Assembly (NCBI GenBank): GCA_032718475.1
Contig: JAUCBJ010006424.1
Span: 1-34,831, forward strand
Source: Nemertoderma westbladi
Lineage: Eukaryota; Animalia; Xenacoelomorpha
Reading direction: 5' to 3'
DNA length: 34,831 nt
Below the pieces are notes generated by a model that did no database searches, was not told the DNA's origin, and was given only the letters and a program-made list of their open reading frames with translations. Positions within the stretch are counted from its first letter, which is position 1. Each line of letters opens with the position of its first letter. A program made the position numbers and the translations under genes. This document shows, in pieces, positions 11,002 to 22,342 of this stretch.

Positions 11002-11907
11002 TTAACCTGAGAGATTTTATTGAAAGTTCAAGAGTTCTTCCTACTGCCTACATAATAGGTTTTCAAAATAATAGGTTTCCATCTCTGTGTCACAATGAAA
11101 ACATTTAAGCCAATAAGAGGATTCAGGAAAGTTCCCTTTGGGCCTATGTAAATGATTGAGCCAATCAGGTTACAATTTTCTGGCTTCAGTCCGCCGTTTG
11201 TCCAGACAACAAAGAGCGGATTCTTACATTATAATGCTATAATTCAAATTGACCGCGCATATTTGGGCTTTTAATTGACAATCCGCAGTCCGTAGTCCGC
11301 AGTCCGCAGTCCGCCCTTTACATGCACCCCTTGCCTTTGGCAAACTATTATCTAATCATAAACCTAAACCAGGAATTTTTATGATTTTTATATTTCATCT
11401 CGAAATATATACTACTCTTTACTATTTAACAGTTAACACGATTATGTTAACGATACTAATAATTTATAAATATGGCAGTAGCAGTGTATCAGAAGGATGG
11501 AATAGAAACGAAATTTTTAAGAGTTGCACATTCATGTTCCTGACTTGTTGGGATAATGATACAATTTATTAACTTCCAATTCTAATGTGGCTCAGTGGAG
11601 GGAAATTCAAAGTTATTATTGACTATAAGTAAATTCAATAATATGACTGAATGTCTGCAGTCTGTGAACCAAGGCCTACGCGTCAACCTTATTACAGTAT
11701 TACTGTATTACCTGAATTAAATTCGATGTAATTTGAATAGTTGTTATCAACAATGGAGATATACAGATGTTTCTTTGGAATTGAAGAATTTTTAAAGAAA
11801 TTTCGCAGAACCCATAAATTGATAAAAAATTAACTTGTCGTGCGTGACACCGAAAGAGTGCCATAGTTTTGTTTCAACATTCCTCAACATTCAATAAACA
11901 ATAGAAT

Positions 11908-14820
11908 ATGGATGAAGCCATGGTAACAGTTAATATGTTGTTGAACCGGAGTTGTGTAGGAATAGAAGCTAGTGCGGATCCGTTAACAGATCCGCAAGCG
12001 ACTGATTGTGGGGTGGATCAAATGGATGAGATTATTCGTCAACGGTTTCTAGAGTTCCAGAGGAGGCTGATACAACCAGGGGACCGCGGTGCATCTGGTT
12101 CCTGTCCGGAGGATTCCACCGTTACTCTATACGTAGAGAGGGGAGTCGCCGCATTGCGAAACGTTCGAAAAGTCTGCGAGACAACCCACGGACAGTCGCC
12201 GTGTCTGTCAACCAACCAGGAGGTTTCCGTGGGTAAACTCATCCAGATGCTTGTGTGTCTGGGCTGCTACCCGCAATACGACCCAGGGGTCGGGGTCCCG
12301 CTCAGTCTCCGGACTAACAGTCTAACTGCCCTCCTGTCGCCGCGCCCCCCAACGGCGATGGAAGGAACCGGTCGTTCGCGCCCCACAGCGGGGGGACCCG
12401 GTACCGTTCAGCTGTTTCGCGTAGTACGTGAACTGGTGTTCGCGTTGGAGACGACGTGCCTTCAGTCGGTCGTAACGGCTAAACATCTGGGAGACGTGCT
12501 AACGGGGTTGTTACAGCTGAGCGTACGAATCGGCGAGCCATACACGGAGGCCGGGCGGCGAGGGGGTGAGCCATACACAGAGGTCGAGCGGCTCTGGTGC
12601 GTAGCTCAACTCAACGGGTTAGTTACCGGACTCTATCCCGTTTCTGTTGTTAAACAACTTCTTTATCTCCAGGGAAACCGATCTGGAGGCCTCGACGATA
12701 GCGCGCCTGCCGTACCTCGCTGGCTCCGCCGCGCATGCGCAAGATTCCTGTCGGACTTCCTACTGCGAGTAGACGGGGTTGTTGTCATGGTGACCGCGTT
12801 GGATGACGTCATTGCGTCGGATACGGCGTCTGATTGGTCGGCGCTCGAGACCGTTGCCAAGGTGATAGCTGCGGTTCCGCAGCGGTCCGAGTCACCATCT
12901 TGGTACTATGGCAACGTGGCTCCGCAAGTATTGGATTTGGTGCGCCGCCGCGAGGGGGCCATGTTAGCGTTACCCGTGGCAACCGTCTCCGCGATGCTAA
13001 CAGCTAAGCCGTCGCTAGCTAAGGATCTCCTACTCGCCCCTCTATTCGACCCCCTGGTTGCCCTAGTAACTAGCGAGGCCCCCTTCCCGACATCTCTTTC
13101 AGTAAACGACTCAGTACTAACGATACACAAGATATTCACTTCACCTATATTCCGCAACGACTATCTACAGGAGACTTTGGGTCCCGTGTCGGATTGTCTG
13201 TTCGGTCTGTTTGTTTTTCTGCCTCGCGTCTCCCACGTCAGTGGTTCGCTTCGCGATGTGTTGGCGGCTTATCTATCGTCGCGAGACCAGACTGCCGCCA
13301 TAGCAACGCTTTACCGACTGGCGGTGAGGGGTGATGGCGTGAGGTCGTTGCGACGAGGTGCCCTGGTGTCTATGGGTTCCGAGGGTGGGTTGGCTGTCAC
13401 CGAGGAAACACATTCGGGACTTTCTTCTGCAGAAGAAACTGAACTAAATTATATTGAAACTTCGTGTCAGTCCGTTGTCAGTTTAGTTAATCGAATTACG
13501 TCTGCCACATTCCCTGGAAAATTATTACTATTTCTTTTAAATAAAATGGCTGAGATTCATTCCCAGGGACCCACAGACTTACAAACACAAAAACATTCGC
13601 TTTCCCCGTTAGAAACAATATCTATTTTGGTTTTTCTTTCCTGCATTATTGACAATTTTTCATCCAGTATCGTTTCGAGTTTCGAACAAGTTATTGAGTT
13701 TATTGACGTCATCCTGCAGCGGTTTGCTCCTATTACTACACTAGAGTTCAACCAATCAGAGAGCGTTTCTATGTGCTTCGCTTTACTAGCGAGTATATTG
13801 AATGATGTTGAGGCTCAGAAGGTCGCGAATTTGTCGTTGTTAACGTCTGTGGCTGTTTCCTTGGATACCATTTCTAGAAACAACACAAATTCCAACATCA
13901 GGCAAATGGCGTCCGATTTACGTGTTGCCATAGCAACTCACGGTGCAGTTAAACTTCCGCCTACAGACGAATCTGTGAAAGTCAAAGTGAAAAGCGAAAA
14001 CAACAAAGGCAAATACGAATTAGAGTTTGACGAAGTTTGGAATGATTTAGTTAGTCCTCTGCTCCCGATTAAGGCCCACGCTATTCTTAGTTTGGGAGAA
14101 CTCGTCGCTCGGGGCAACCCCGTTGCTATGCGACGATCAGACGAACTGCTGACGATTATCTCGGACTCTATGTCGGACTCAGATTCTTACCTTTACCTAA
14201 ATGCAATATCCGCTATGGTAGCTGTTTCTACCAGGAAGGCTAGCAGTGTCATTACGCACCTAGCGGCCGAGTTCGCCTCCTTAGAAGGGCGCAGTAGAAC
14301 CCCGGACCAACGGATAAAAGTGGGCGAGGCGCTGATTCGCGTGACGTCACAACTCGGTGACGTAGCTCCGTACTATGGGGATACTGTGATTCGCGCCGTT
14401 CTGATTGGTTGCAAGGACGATCACGCTCTGGTTCGAGCCAGCTCATTGGCTAATCTCTCGTCGTTGTGTCAGCAACTCCGCTTCGCCGTCTCGCCGATGC
14501 AACACGAGATAGTCAACTGTCTCTTCAATCTGATCAGCACAGACCCCGAGGTCGTTGTTAGGAGAGCGGTTGCCATGGCGATAGTCCAGTTGGTGGAACA
14601 CTTCCAGGGCGACACCACGCGGATTTTTGAGGAATCGATGACTGAGATATACCGGGTCTGTAAGTTTGCTGTTGACGACTGTGATGACGTCACACGTATT
14701 AACGGCTCCAAAGCCATGGAAGCAATTGATGATGTTACTAGAAGGATGTTATTCCCAAGACAACAGTTGCGTAAGAAGATCGTCGTTTTACCATCTCAAT
14801 ACGACGAATCGCCGACATAG
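11908..14820 (+). CDS. TANGO6: Transport and Golgi organization protein 6 homologue (TANGO6/TMCO7, yeast Rtp1 family), HEAT/ARM-repeat protein, 970 aa, intronless CDS
   Basis: Long ORF with family motifs PGVGVPLSLRT, P.WLRRAC...LS..LLR.DGV, the RTP1 C-terminal-like LVSPLLPIKAHAIL...DSDSYLYLNAI, RIKVGEAL, VRASSLANL and VVVRRA. The exact start codon is uncertain. Confidence 0.9.
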   Translation: MDEAMVTVNMLLNRSCVGIEASADPLTDPQATDCGVDQMDEIIRQRFLEFQRRLIQPGDRGASGSCPEDSTVTLYVERGVAALRNVRKVCETTHGQSPCLSTNQEVSVGKLIQMLVCLGCYPQYDPGVGVPLSLRTNSLTALLSPRPPTAMEGTGRSRPTAGGPGTVQLFRVVRELVFALETTCLQSVVTAKHLGDVLTGLLQLSVRIGEPYTEAGRRGGEPYTEVERLWCVAQLNGLVTGLYPVSVVKQLLYLQGNRSGGLDDSAPAVPRWLRRACARFLSDFLLRVDGVVVMVTALDDVIASDTASDWSALETVAKVIAAVPQRSESPSWYYGNVAPQVLDLVRRREGAMLALPVATVSAMLTAKPSLAKDLLLAPLFDPLVALVTSEAPFPTSLSVNDSVLTIHKIFTSPIFRNDYLQETLGPVSDCLFGLFVFLPRVSHVSGSLRDVLAAYLSSRDQTAAIATLYRLAVRGDGVRSLRRGALVSMGSEGGLAVTEETHSGLSSAEETELNYIETSCQSVVSLVNRITSATFPGKLLLFLLNKMAEIHSQGPTDLQTQKHSLSPLETISILVFLSCIIDNFSSSIVSSFEQVIEFIDVILQRFAPITTLEFNQSESVSMCFALLASILNDVEAQKVANLSLLTSVAVSLDTISRNNTNSNIRQMASDLRVAIATHGAVKLPPTDESVKVKVKSENNKGKYELEFDEVWNDLVSPLLPIKAHAILSLGELVARGNPVAMRRSDELLTIISDSMSDSDSYLYLNAISAMVAVSTRKASSVITHLAAEFASLEGRSRTPDQRIKVGEALIRVTSQLGDVAPYYGDTVIRAVLIGCKDDHALVRASSLANLSSLCQQLRFAVSPMQHEIVNCLFNLISTDPEVVVRRAVAMAIVQLVEHFQGDTTRIFEESMTEIYRVCKFAVDDCDDVTRINGSKAMEAIDDVTRRMLFPRQQLRKKIVVLPSQYDESPT

Positions 14821-14821
14821 T

Positions 14822-14846
14822 GGGGGGGGGGGGGGGGGGGGGGGGG
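14822..14846 (+). repeat. Poly-G tract (25 G) immediately after the TANGO6 stop codon; one of eleven long G/C homopolymers
   Basis: Others start at 1, 7809, 8082, 10782, 16951, 23296, 27071, 27234, 30434 and 34408. Confidence 0.95.
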
Positions 14847-17501
14847 TTCTTCTAATAGATTTTCAAAATTATTTTTTATTAATTTAACACATGACATGTC
14901 AGCTTTAAAATAAATTAACATAAAGTATTGGTGTACATGTCGCCGTTATGAACTCAGATCGTCTTTCACTTGCAATTGTATTCTATGTGTGATTACACTC
15001 ATTTTCGTTCCATATTGTTATTTTTCTTTATTTATTATCTTTATCAATTGGGAATTATTTTTATACCAAATGGAGATGACCAAAGAATTACAACTTAGTA
15101 ATGGGCAAATACTATTTGGCTAGGCAGATTTCGAGGTTCACGAACAGTGAGGCAATTTCGATATTATTCTGTTGGATTACAAAGATTTTTCAGTAAGTAA
15201 CCGTGGCATTAGACCCTTTCTACAGTCATTAAATCACAGAACCCCATACGCGTGGATAGGCATGGATACGCCACGAACGGAATCATTTCGATTTATTTCC
15301 CATTTAAATATATAACTTTATTACTTTATAATAAATCTTAACACTAATGAAGAAAGGTTCCCTTTTTACAGACATGAAGACAATTTCACTTTCGCTCACA
15401 GTCTTGATTCAAGGTTCGCATTTGCTCGCTCTTTTAAAAGGAAGTTCGATTTTCTCAATTTACACAAATTGGTATAATTATAAAGGCAAAAGTGACTCTA
15501 TGGCTACATTTACAATTAATTATAATAAGTTATTTCAATTATAGAGCAGTCAATAATAATTATTGCACTCACGCAGTACAAGAAGCAGGATGTCATAACA
15601 AAGTACTGCAGTTTACCCATAATGAACGTAATTATAAATTATATTTACATTTCACATCATTATCCATCCTAAACCTTATTTCCAATCCATAATGTATTTG
15701 ATATTGTGATATTAAGTGAGTTTACTACCTGTTTGTTTGAGGCCTTTCTGCTCTGCCGCTTTTTAACCCCAATGTGCTTCCACGTAGGGCTATCTTGTAT
15801 TATGTTGTTACCATTAGCAATTGGGATGGAGAGGAATCGTGTACATTTTCCATCTGCATGAGGCCATTCTATTACACCATGACCCGTAATATAGTGTCAT
15901 TCTCTTATGACACGGACCCCTCCCCCCCAAATTTGTTTACAAATCTTTATCATATTACTTGAAACTAAAACACAACCAGTTCAACCAAGGAGTTCTAGAA
16001 CATAGTATTTATTTACAATAAATACTATGTTGTAGAAGTCCTTGGTTGAGCTCACCGTCGATGTCACCATGAAGCCGGAATTTTCGATTTTCCCTGTAAT
16101 TTTTTTTATAAGCGTTTTAAAAAAAAGTTTCTTGCGAATTCGCACCTTTCGTATCACCGCCATTCTTCACATCACTTGCATTGCAATGTTTCAAAATATG
16201 TAACAATATCTTAATTTCGTTGAGAAACAGCTGAGATAATAGGCGTTCAAAGATTGCAAGAATTATTGCAAGCCATTTATTCTATTTAATAAATACACAA
16301 AATTCAAGAACGTGTTATTTATTTTGTTACATTATGTCATCTTAACAGCGTTCTGGTGAATTAATCGTAACGATGCAAAGTACTACTTTGCAGCGTTGCG
16401 GCCTATAGGACGGAACGCTGCAAAGTAATCAGTGACATGGAAACAACTTCAATTAACGTATTCCAGAATTTATTATTTCCATTTATGTTAATGAGTGCTG
16501 CTTTATTATCCAGTTTGCAGTGACGGGACTGATTAAATATAATAAATAGCCACCATCGTACAATAATTCTGGCAATCTTTGAGTGCCTAGATCTGAGCTG
16601 TTCCTCAACTAGATTTGGATATTGTTACATATTTTGATATCTTGCAACGTAATCTTTCAAAAGATATGAATAACGATACGGATGATGAGATTCACAAAAG
16701 ACTCTCAGCTATTTCTCAAGAAACTTGAGATTGTGTTATTTGGTATGCTTGCAAGGACAACTTTCTATCAGTACCACCAACAAACCACTATGAGGTTAAA
16801 GAATAATTGCTGCGCAGTTGGCGCAATAACGACAGAGACATCTTTTTTAAACGTTTGTCCTTGTAGCTAAAGTAGCAAAAATAAAAATTATGCCTCACAC
16901 AGTAAGAAGGAGGGATGTGAAACTAAACATGTTTCAACACATCATCATTAGGGGGGGGGGGGGGGACTATATCCCAGGAGATGGATGCTGTTTGCACATT
17001 TCGACAATGGGTGGTATATTCGATTTTATTAATTTCTATGGAATTAATTTTCCATTACCAAATCACCAGGGCGACATATTTACCAGCTTTATATCGCAGT
17101 GCGACATCATTTCTCACTATGTCCCTACGCCATGCATTTACTATGTATTTTCAGTATGTCACCGCGTCATTATTACGGCCCTCGTTTTGTTATTTCCCTC
17201 GCTCACTCGTGCCGTAAAGCTGTAAAGTGCTATTTTATGAACAATGACGTATATAGTTATTGTTATATTATGTCAACTTTTCAGCGTTTGTAGGACGGAA
17301 CGCTTGAACTTCTAGAACACGTCTAGAGTAATCTCCATTAATGATAGCCAGGCAAAGATTATTCACCGTGTAGTTGTTACAGTAACTCAAAATATTAATT
17401 CCATAAAAAGGATACAATTTCATTTATATTCGTAAACATTGCAATAATAAAGTTAATAATTAAGCATTCAAAACGCGAAAAATTGACATAACAAAATTAC
17501 G

Positions 17502-17646
17502 TTCACCATTGTCTGAAAAGGGCGCTAATCAGTCTTTATGATCCATGTATTATGTAAACTTCCCTCGCTGCGCTCGCTCGGTATTTAAATAAATACACTG
17601 GGGTCCTAATGCTGAAAATTACTGCTTTTTCACACACAATGATGAA
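17502..17646. repeat. Degenerate palindromic element with central CCTCGCTGCGCTCGCTCGG
   Basis: TTCACCATTGTCTGAAAAG pairs imperfectly with CTTTTTCACACACAATGATGAA; further paired blocks lie inside. Confidence 0.5.
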
Positions 17647-18295
17647 AGTTATTCTGGAGTTTTGAAGGCATTAATAATAATTAAGCCTTAATTAAATCTC
17701 ATCGTATTACATGTATTCGTATTTATGTATTCATATTGTTTAATATTGATAAAAATGTAAACCGTTACTTGTACACCAAATAACATATTATTCATGTATT
17801 ACAAAAACACAAATTGGTTCAACAAGATGAAATGAAAAATTAAGTCCAGTATATAGTATGAAAACCCAAAATACCAAAGGTTGGGCGTTTTAGTTTTTTT
17901 TTACAACAATTAATTTACTATTTACACCAAATAACCGTATATAATTAATTAATATAAGGTATGTGGTTAATTAAACATAACGATAATGTATAAATAATCT
18001 ATAATATTATTGTGCACTTATAACATGATCTCTAGAATGATGCTAGACCATTATCGCAGCCAACATCCTTCATTGCAACTCGGTGGTGATAGCCGTCGCA
18101 TTTGATAGTGAGTTTAGCTACAACATTATTCTTAATATGGGCGACGTATTTGTGTAGTGAGTCGTGAATAGTTTGTAGTTATAAAGTGAATGGAGGTAAA
18201 CCATCATGAAATCGATTATATGTGAAATATTGTGCCTTAAAAATGTATAACCTATTGGTTTCGGATAACTTATTCGATGTCAAATAGAAATGCTG

Positions 18296-20506
18296 TTATA
18301 TTTTAAGCAAATCTTCAACCTCTCCGTTTTCATTGTAACCATTAACACTAGGTTCACTAAAGTTAAGTTCCTTATCAAGTGCTGTAATGGCGATCAGCTT
18401 CCCACTTGCTCCATCTCTGCCACGAGTGCTAGTTCTCAACTGCCTTATGTTGCGACCAACATAGTTCTTCATGTCGTGATCTTCCAAGGACGCATTATCT
18501 TCAGCCAGCCACTCGTGGCTCAGTGCCTCTTGCGCTGTAAATCGCCTTGCCACATTCCGCTCCAACATGTGCCGTATCAAATACTTCGCGTTATAGGAAA
18601 CCTCATCCCAAAATGGAGGCAAAAATATCAACTCTTGGTGGAGGATATTGTAGAAGAGCTCTTGTTGATCCCCGGATTCGCTCCGGTAAGGGGGAAAACC
18701 ACACAGGAGAATGTAGGCGATAACTCCAGCACTCCACACGTCTATCTTTAGCCCGTAACCCGCTTCTGCAAGCACTTCGGGAGCCACATAGGTAGGGGTA
18801 CCACACACTGTGTAGATAGGTCGTTCCACTTTTATTGCTAAGCCAAAATCTCCAAGTTTCAGGGCTTTAGATCCATCTTGAAAGCAGCAAACTAAAAGAT
18901 TTTCTGGTTTGACATCTCTGTGGACAATATTCATCTCATGGAGGTAACAGAGGGCACTGCACAAATTGTATATCATACTGCTGGCATCTCTTTCTGTGTA
19001 TCTGGTAGCTGATTGAATAGCGTCAAATAGATCTCCTCCTTTGACGTATTCCATTACCATATAGACCTCCGTGGGTCCGTCCCAATCCTCAACAAGCAGT
19101 ATAATGTTTGGATGACGAACCTTCTTTAGAATAAATACCTCACTATGAATCATATGAAGTTTGCCTTTACATTTGGCTTTGTCTATAATTTTTAGTGCAT
19201 ATTCTTGTTGAGTTGCACGTTCTACACATCTTTTCACCACCGCAAAATTTCCATCTCCTATCTTTTCATGTACGGCGTACTTCATTGTGATTGGATTTCG
19301 CTTTCCATCCTTGGCCGTCTTTGGGTTTGCACTAAATTGGATCGCAGGTTTCTTGTTACTCACAGAGCATAAATCCTCGGCTGATTTCCACCCGGATTTC
19401 TTTGACTGAGATGGATCCCGATCCACCTGATCCAGTAGATCCCCTGTGCTGCTGCTGTGGTGGGCACCGCGGTGTTTTCCCCCGAGGAGGCACGAGTGTG
19501 GGACTACGATGGGTTGCCAACGCAGTCTCTGACTGCGTACGCGGTGCGGAGATCGTCCTCTGCGGCGATCGGAACTACGACGCGATGGCGCGGAACTTGT
19601 CGTCTCCCAACCATCGTTGTACCCGTTCTCGGCCGTGGTCGGTCGTCTGAGTTGCTCCAACTCTCTACATTCTGTTACATCCAGATCAAAATCGTCAGGG
19701 TTGATTTTAGCCCCGCTGCCAAATGCCATAAAGACATCAGCCTCCCTGAAGAAGTCTCTCAATCGACGTATTTGTTGTCCGTCAATGGTGTATATTTTTT
19801 TTACGGCACCCGTATGGAGTTTTATGTAGTCCGTGATAGTGTTAAGGACGCGCTCCAAAGTAGGTGCGGATCGTTTGTTCAACAAGATGCGAACGAGTTT
19901 GCGTGGCCGTTGGCCGTTTCTGATAACAGTTATTAGTTTTGGTCGGATAAAGGATTTATCTTGGTCTTCAGTTTGAGATCCGTTTGTCGCTATTCCCATT
20001 TGTTCTGCGGTCCTTCCATTGTTCAAAATGTCACGACTTCCCGCCTTCTTGCTGTTCAGGATATTCGAAGAAGCAATTTTATTGTAGGGAATCTTTCTAA
20101 ATATCTCATTTGATGCTGCAACATAAACACCTTTGTCTTCCAAGTCGTCCACGTCTGCCATTGTATTTCCCTGTAGGTCGTATATTTTTCTCACACCCTG
20201 ATTTAGGAAGGGATCACTTTCCACAGATAATCGCGATGTCAACTCCGCAAGAAGCATTTGATAAGTGCGAAAACGATCACGCGATATTGCGAAATCTATT
20301 CCTTTGTGGAAGCGATCTCCGTTTCTATAAAAGTGAACTTTTTTTGCTTTGCGCTCATTTGTAATCTCTTGAAGTTGTCGTCTGGACGCTGAGGGTTGGC
20401 GCTTTGACCGGTCGTCTTGGTAACTATCGCCATGACCACTGTTGCCTTCCAATAAATCATTGGTGCTTCGACTGACTCCCCTGGAGGACGCTTGAAGAGA
20501 CGGCAT
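18296..20506 (-). CDS. DCLK: Doublecortin-like serine/threonine kinase, paralogue B (736 aa, intronless CDS, canonical motifs)
   Basis: Two DCX domains (KAKKVHFYRNGDRFHKG; FIRPKLITVIRNGQRPRK) plus a kinase domain with IGDGNFAVV, YALKIIDK, HRDVKPEN, DFG and CGTPTYVAPE. Confidence 0.96.
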   Translation of the reverse strand: MPSLQASSRGVSRSTNDLLEGNSGHGDSYQDDRSKRQPSASRRQLQEITNERKAKKVHFYRNGDRFHKGIDFAISRDRFRTYQMLLAELTSRLSVESDPFLNQGVRKIYDLQGNTMADVDDLEDKGVYVAASNEIFRKIPYNKIASSNILNSKKAGSRDILNNGRTAEQMGIATNGSQTEDQDKSFIRPKLITVIRNGQRPRKLVRILLNKRSAPTLERVLNTITDYIKLHTGAVKKIYTIDGQQIRRLRDFFREADVFMAFGSGAKINPDDFDLDVTECRELEQLRRPTTAENGYNDGWETTSSAPSRRSSDRRRGRSPHRVRSQRLRWQPIVVPHSCLLGGKHRGAHHSSSTGDLLDQVDRDPSQSKKSGWKSAEDLCSVSNKKPAIQFSANPKTAKDGKRNPITMKYAVHEKIGDGNFAVVKRCVERATQQEYALKIIDKAKCKGKLHMIHSEVFILKKVRHPNIILLVEDWDGPTEVYMVMEYVKGGDLFDAIQSATRYTERDASSMIYNLCSALCYLHEMNIVHRDVKPENLLVCCFQDGSKALKLGDFGLAIKVERPIYTVCGTPTYVAPEVLAEAGYGLKIDVWSAGVIAYILLCGFPPYRSESGDQQELFYNILHQELIFLPPFWDEVSYNAKYLIRHMLERNVARRFTAQEALSHEWLAEDNASLEDHDMKNYVGRNIRQLRTSTRGRDGASGKLIAITALDKELNFSEPSVNGYNENGEVEDLLKI

Positions 20507-21248
20507 AATAGCTAAATTAATAATTTATAGTCTCACCGAATATAGACCAATAATAATATGTTCACTCACACATTAATATAACCGTGTCAATTGTACCTAA
20601 ATTATGTTGTTTATTCCACATGTGATTAAATTTATATTTAACTAATTTAAAGAGTATTATTATCTACGAAGCTAATATAAGTAAAGTTAACAACCTCCGC
20701 CAAAAAATATTTTATTTAGCTATGACGGTGTATTATGCATAGTGTTGATAGTGGCCCCTTTTATTCAAATGCGGGAGATATATACCATATTTAGTGATGC
20801 CTTTAGCTTTTAATTAAATTTAATAAATTTGTAAGAATATTTTAGGACACAGCGTTACCCGTTCGTTCGCCTCATCACTTTGCAACTCGTACCTATTGTC
20901 ATTTTCCTCATTGGAATCCTGTGAAAGTAACCTGTGGTGAGCAAGGCCGCTACAACGTGTGCCGCAGGAAAACCTGCATTCCAAAATTGAAATCTTCAAA
21001 TCATATTTCCGATCGCTTGTGTTACAAATGCATTTATATATATCACAATGGCAGTACCATTGTTGCGTGCCCCCTAACTTGCGAGTTGCCACTACATCCT
21101 AATTCATTTAGTTTACTTCTATCGAACAGACACAGACACATGTTACACGAAGTGGGGCCTTCGCGCAGCACGTGAAATGAGTTAATGCTAAGTATCAACT
21201 CGAAAGGATTATAAAAACATAGGAGAAGATTTTCCCGGAAAACGTTAA

Positions 21249-22152
21249 CCCTCTAGCGGGAGACTGGGTAACTGAAGAAGGAAGGATTAGTTTCCCTACA
21301 AAGCCACATCCTATGGTCTATTACATATCTACCAAGTTTCCGATTGACGGATCATAAATAACGAAATGTTGGAAGGTTTTCACTTTCATACATTTAGCCC
21401 TCTAGCGGCATATTAAAGAACTACGGATCGATCACCTTCCTCACAAAGACGAGGCATGTGGTCTAGTACATACCGGTACTGTATATTCCAAAATTCAGCT
21501 TAAATAGATTAAGATCAAGGAATTCGCAAAGGTTATCACTTTCCTACATTTCGCCCTCTAGCGGCAGACTCGAAAACTCCGGACCGATTACTGTCCACAC
21601 AAAGACTTAGGATGTCTTCTAGTACATATATGACAAGTTTCAGCGTAATCAGATCATAAACAACTAAATGGAAGAATAATTTCACATTCGGGACATTTCG
21701 CCCTCTAGCGGCAGATTGGAGAACTGCAGACAGATTAGCCTCCTTTGAAATTTACAGCTAATGGTCTAGTACATACTTCCCAAGTTTCAGCTTAAACGGA
21801 TTAAAAGCAAAGAAATGGGTGGCCATTTAATGTTTAGACATGTGGCCCTCTAGCGGGAGACTGGAAAACTTCGGACCGATTACAATCCACACAAAGACTC
21901 AGGATGTCATCTAGTACATATATGACAAGTTTCAGCGTAATCAGATCATAAACAACTAAATGGAAGAATAATTTCACATTCGGGACATTTCGCCCTCTAG
22001 CGGCAGACTGGAGAACTGCAGACAGATTAGCCTCCTTTGAAATTTACAGCTAATGGTCTAGTACATACTTCCCAAGTTTCAGCTTAAACGGATTAAAAGC
22101 AAAGAAATGGGTGGCCATTTAATGTTTAGACATGTGGCCCTCTAGCGGGAGA
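21249..22152. repeat. ~147-bp tandem array (7 CCCTCTAGCGG anchors) with a recent 292-bp dimer duplication
   Basis: CCCTCTAGCGG at 21249, 21398, 21554, 21701, 21846, 21993 and 22138. Most of 21554-21850 recurs almost exactly 292 bp downstream. Confidence 0.92.
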
Positions 22153-22274
22153 CCATTGCACTGATGGTGTCTGAAAGTCTCTCAAAAATCTCAACTTTTG
22201 CTCATATTGATACCTACAAATTTTCAACTTGGCAGCTTTAAATCCGACAAAGTTATTAGCATGTCAAAATCGTA

Positions 22275-22342
22275 ACGACGACGACAACGACGACGACGAC
22301 AACGACGACGACGACAACGACGACGACGACGACGACGACAAC
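22275..22342. repeat. (ACG)n microsatellite with ACA interruptions
   Basis: Read directly from the sequence. Confidence 0.95.

Larger units (their letters stand above)
9624..11329. mobile_element. Non-autonomous Mutator-like (MULE) element, ~180-200-bp TIRs, 9-bp TSD with one mismatch
   Basis: 9624-~9800 (GGGTGCATGTAAAG...CATAGG) is an inverted copy of ~11143-11329. Flanks are ATTGCCTTT (9615-9623) and CTTGCCTTT (11330-11338). G-rich termini, long TIRs and a 9-bp TSD are MULE hallmarks. Confidence 0.87.

Noticed and set aside
15070-15200. ATG-initiated stretch ending near a GTAAGT donor downstream of TANGO6
   Set aside because: It has in-frame stops and no recognisable homology.
15980-17310. 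Scattered inverted blocks (e.g. AAAATATGTAACAATATC / GATATTGTTACATATTTT) suggesting a decayed transposon
   Set aside because: I could not define termini or a TSD.
3508-20364. Short ORFs antisense or out of frame within the DCLK and TANGO6 genes
   Set aside because: Shadow ORFs of real coding sequence with no recognisable motifs.
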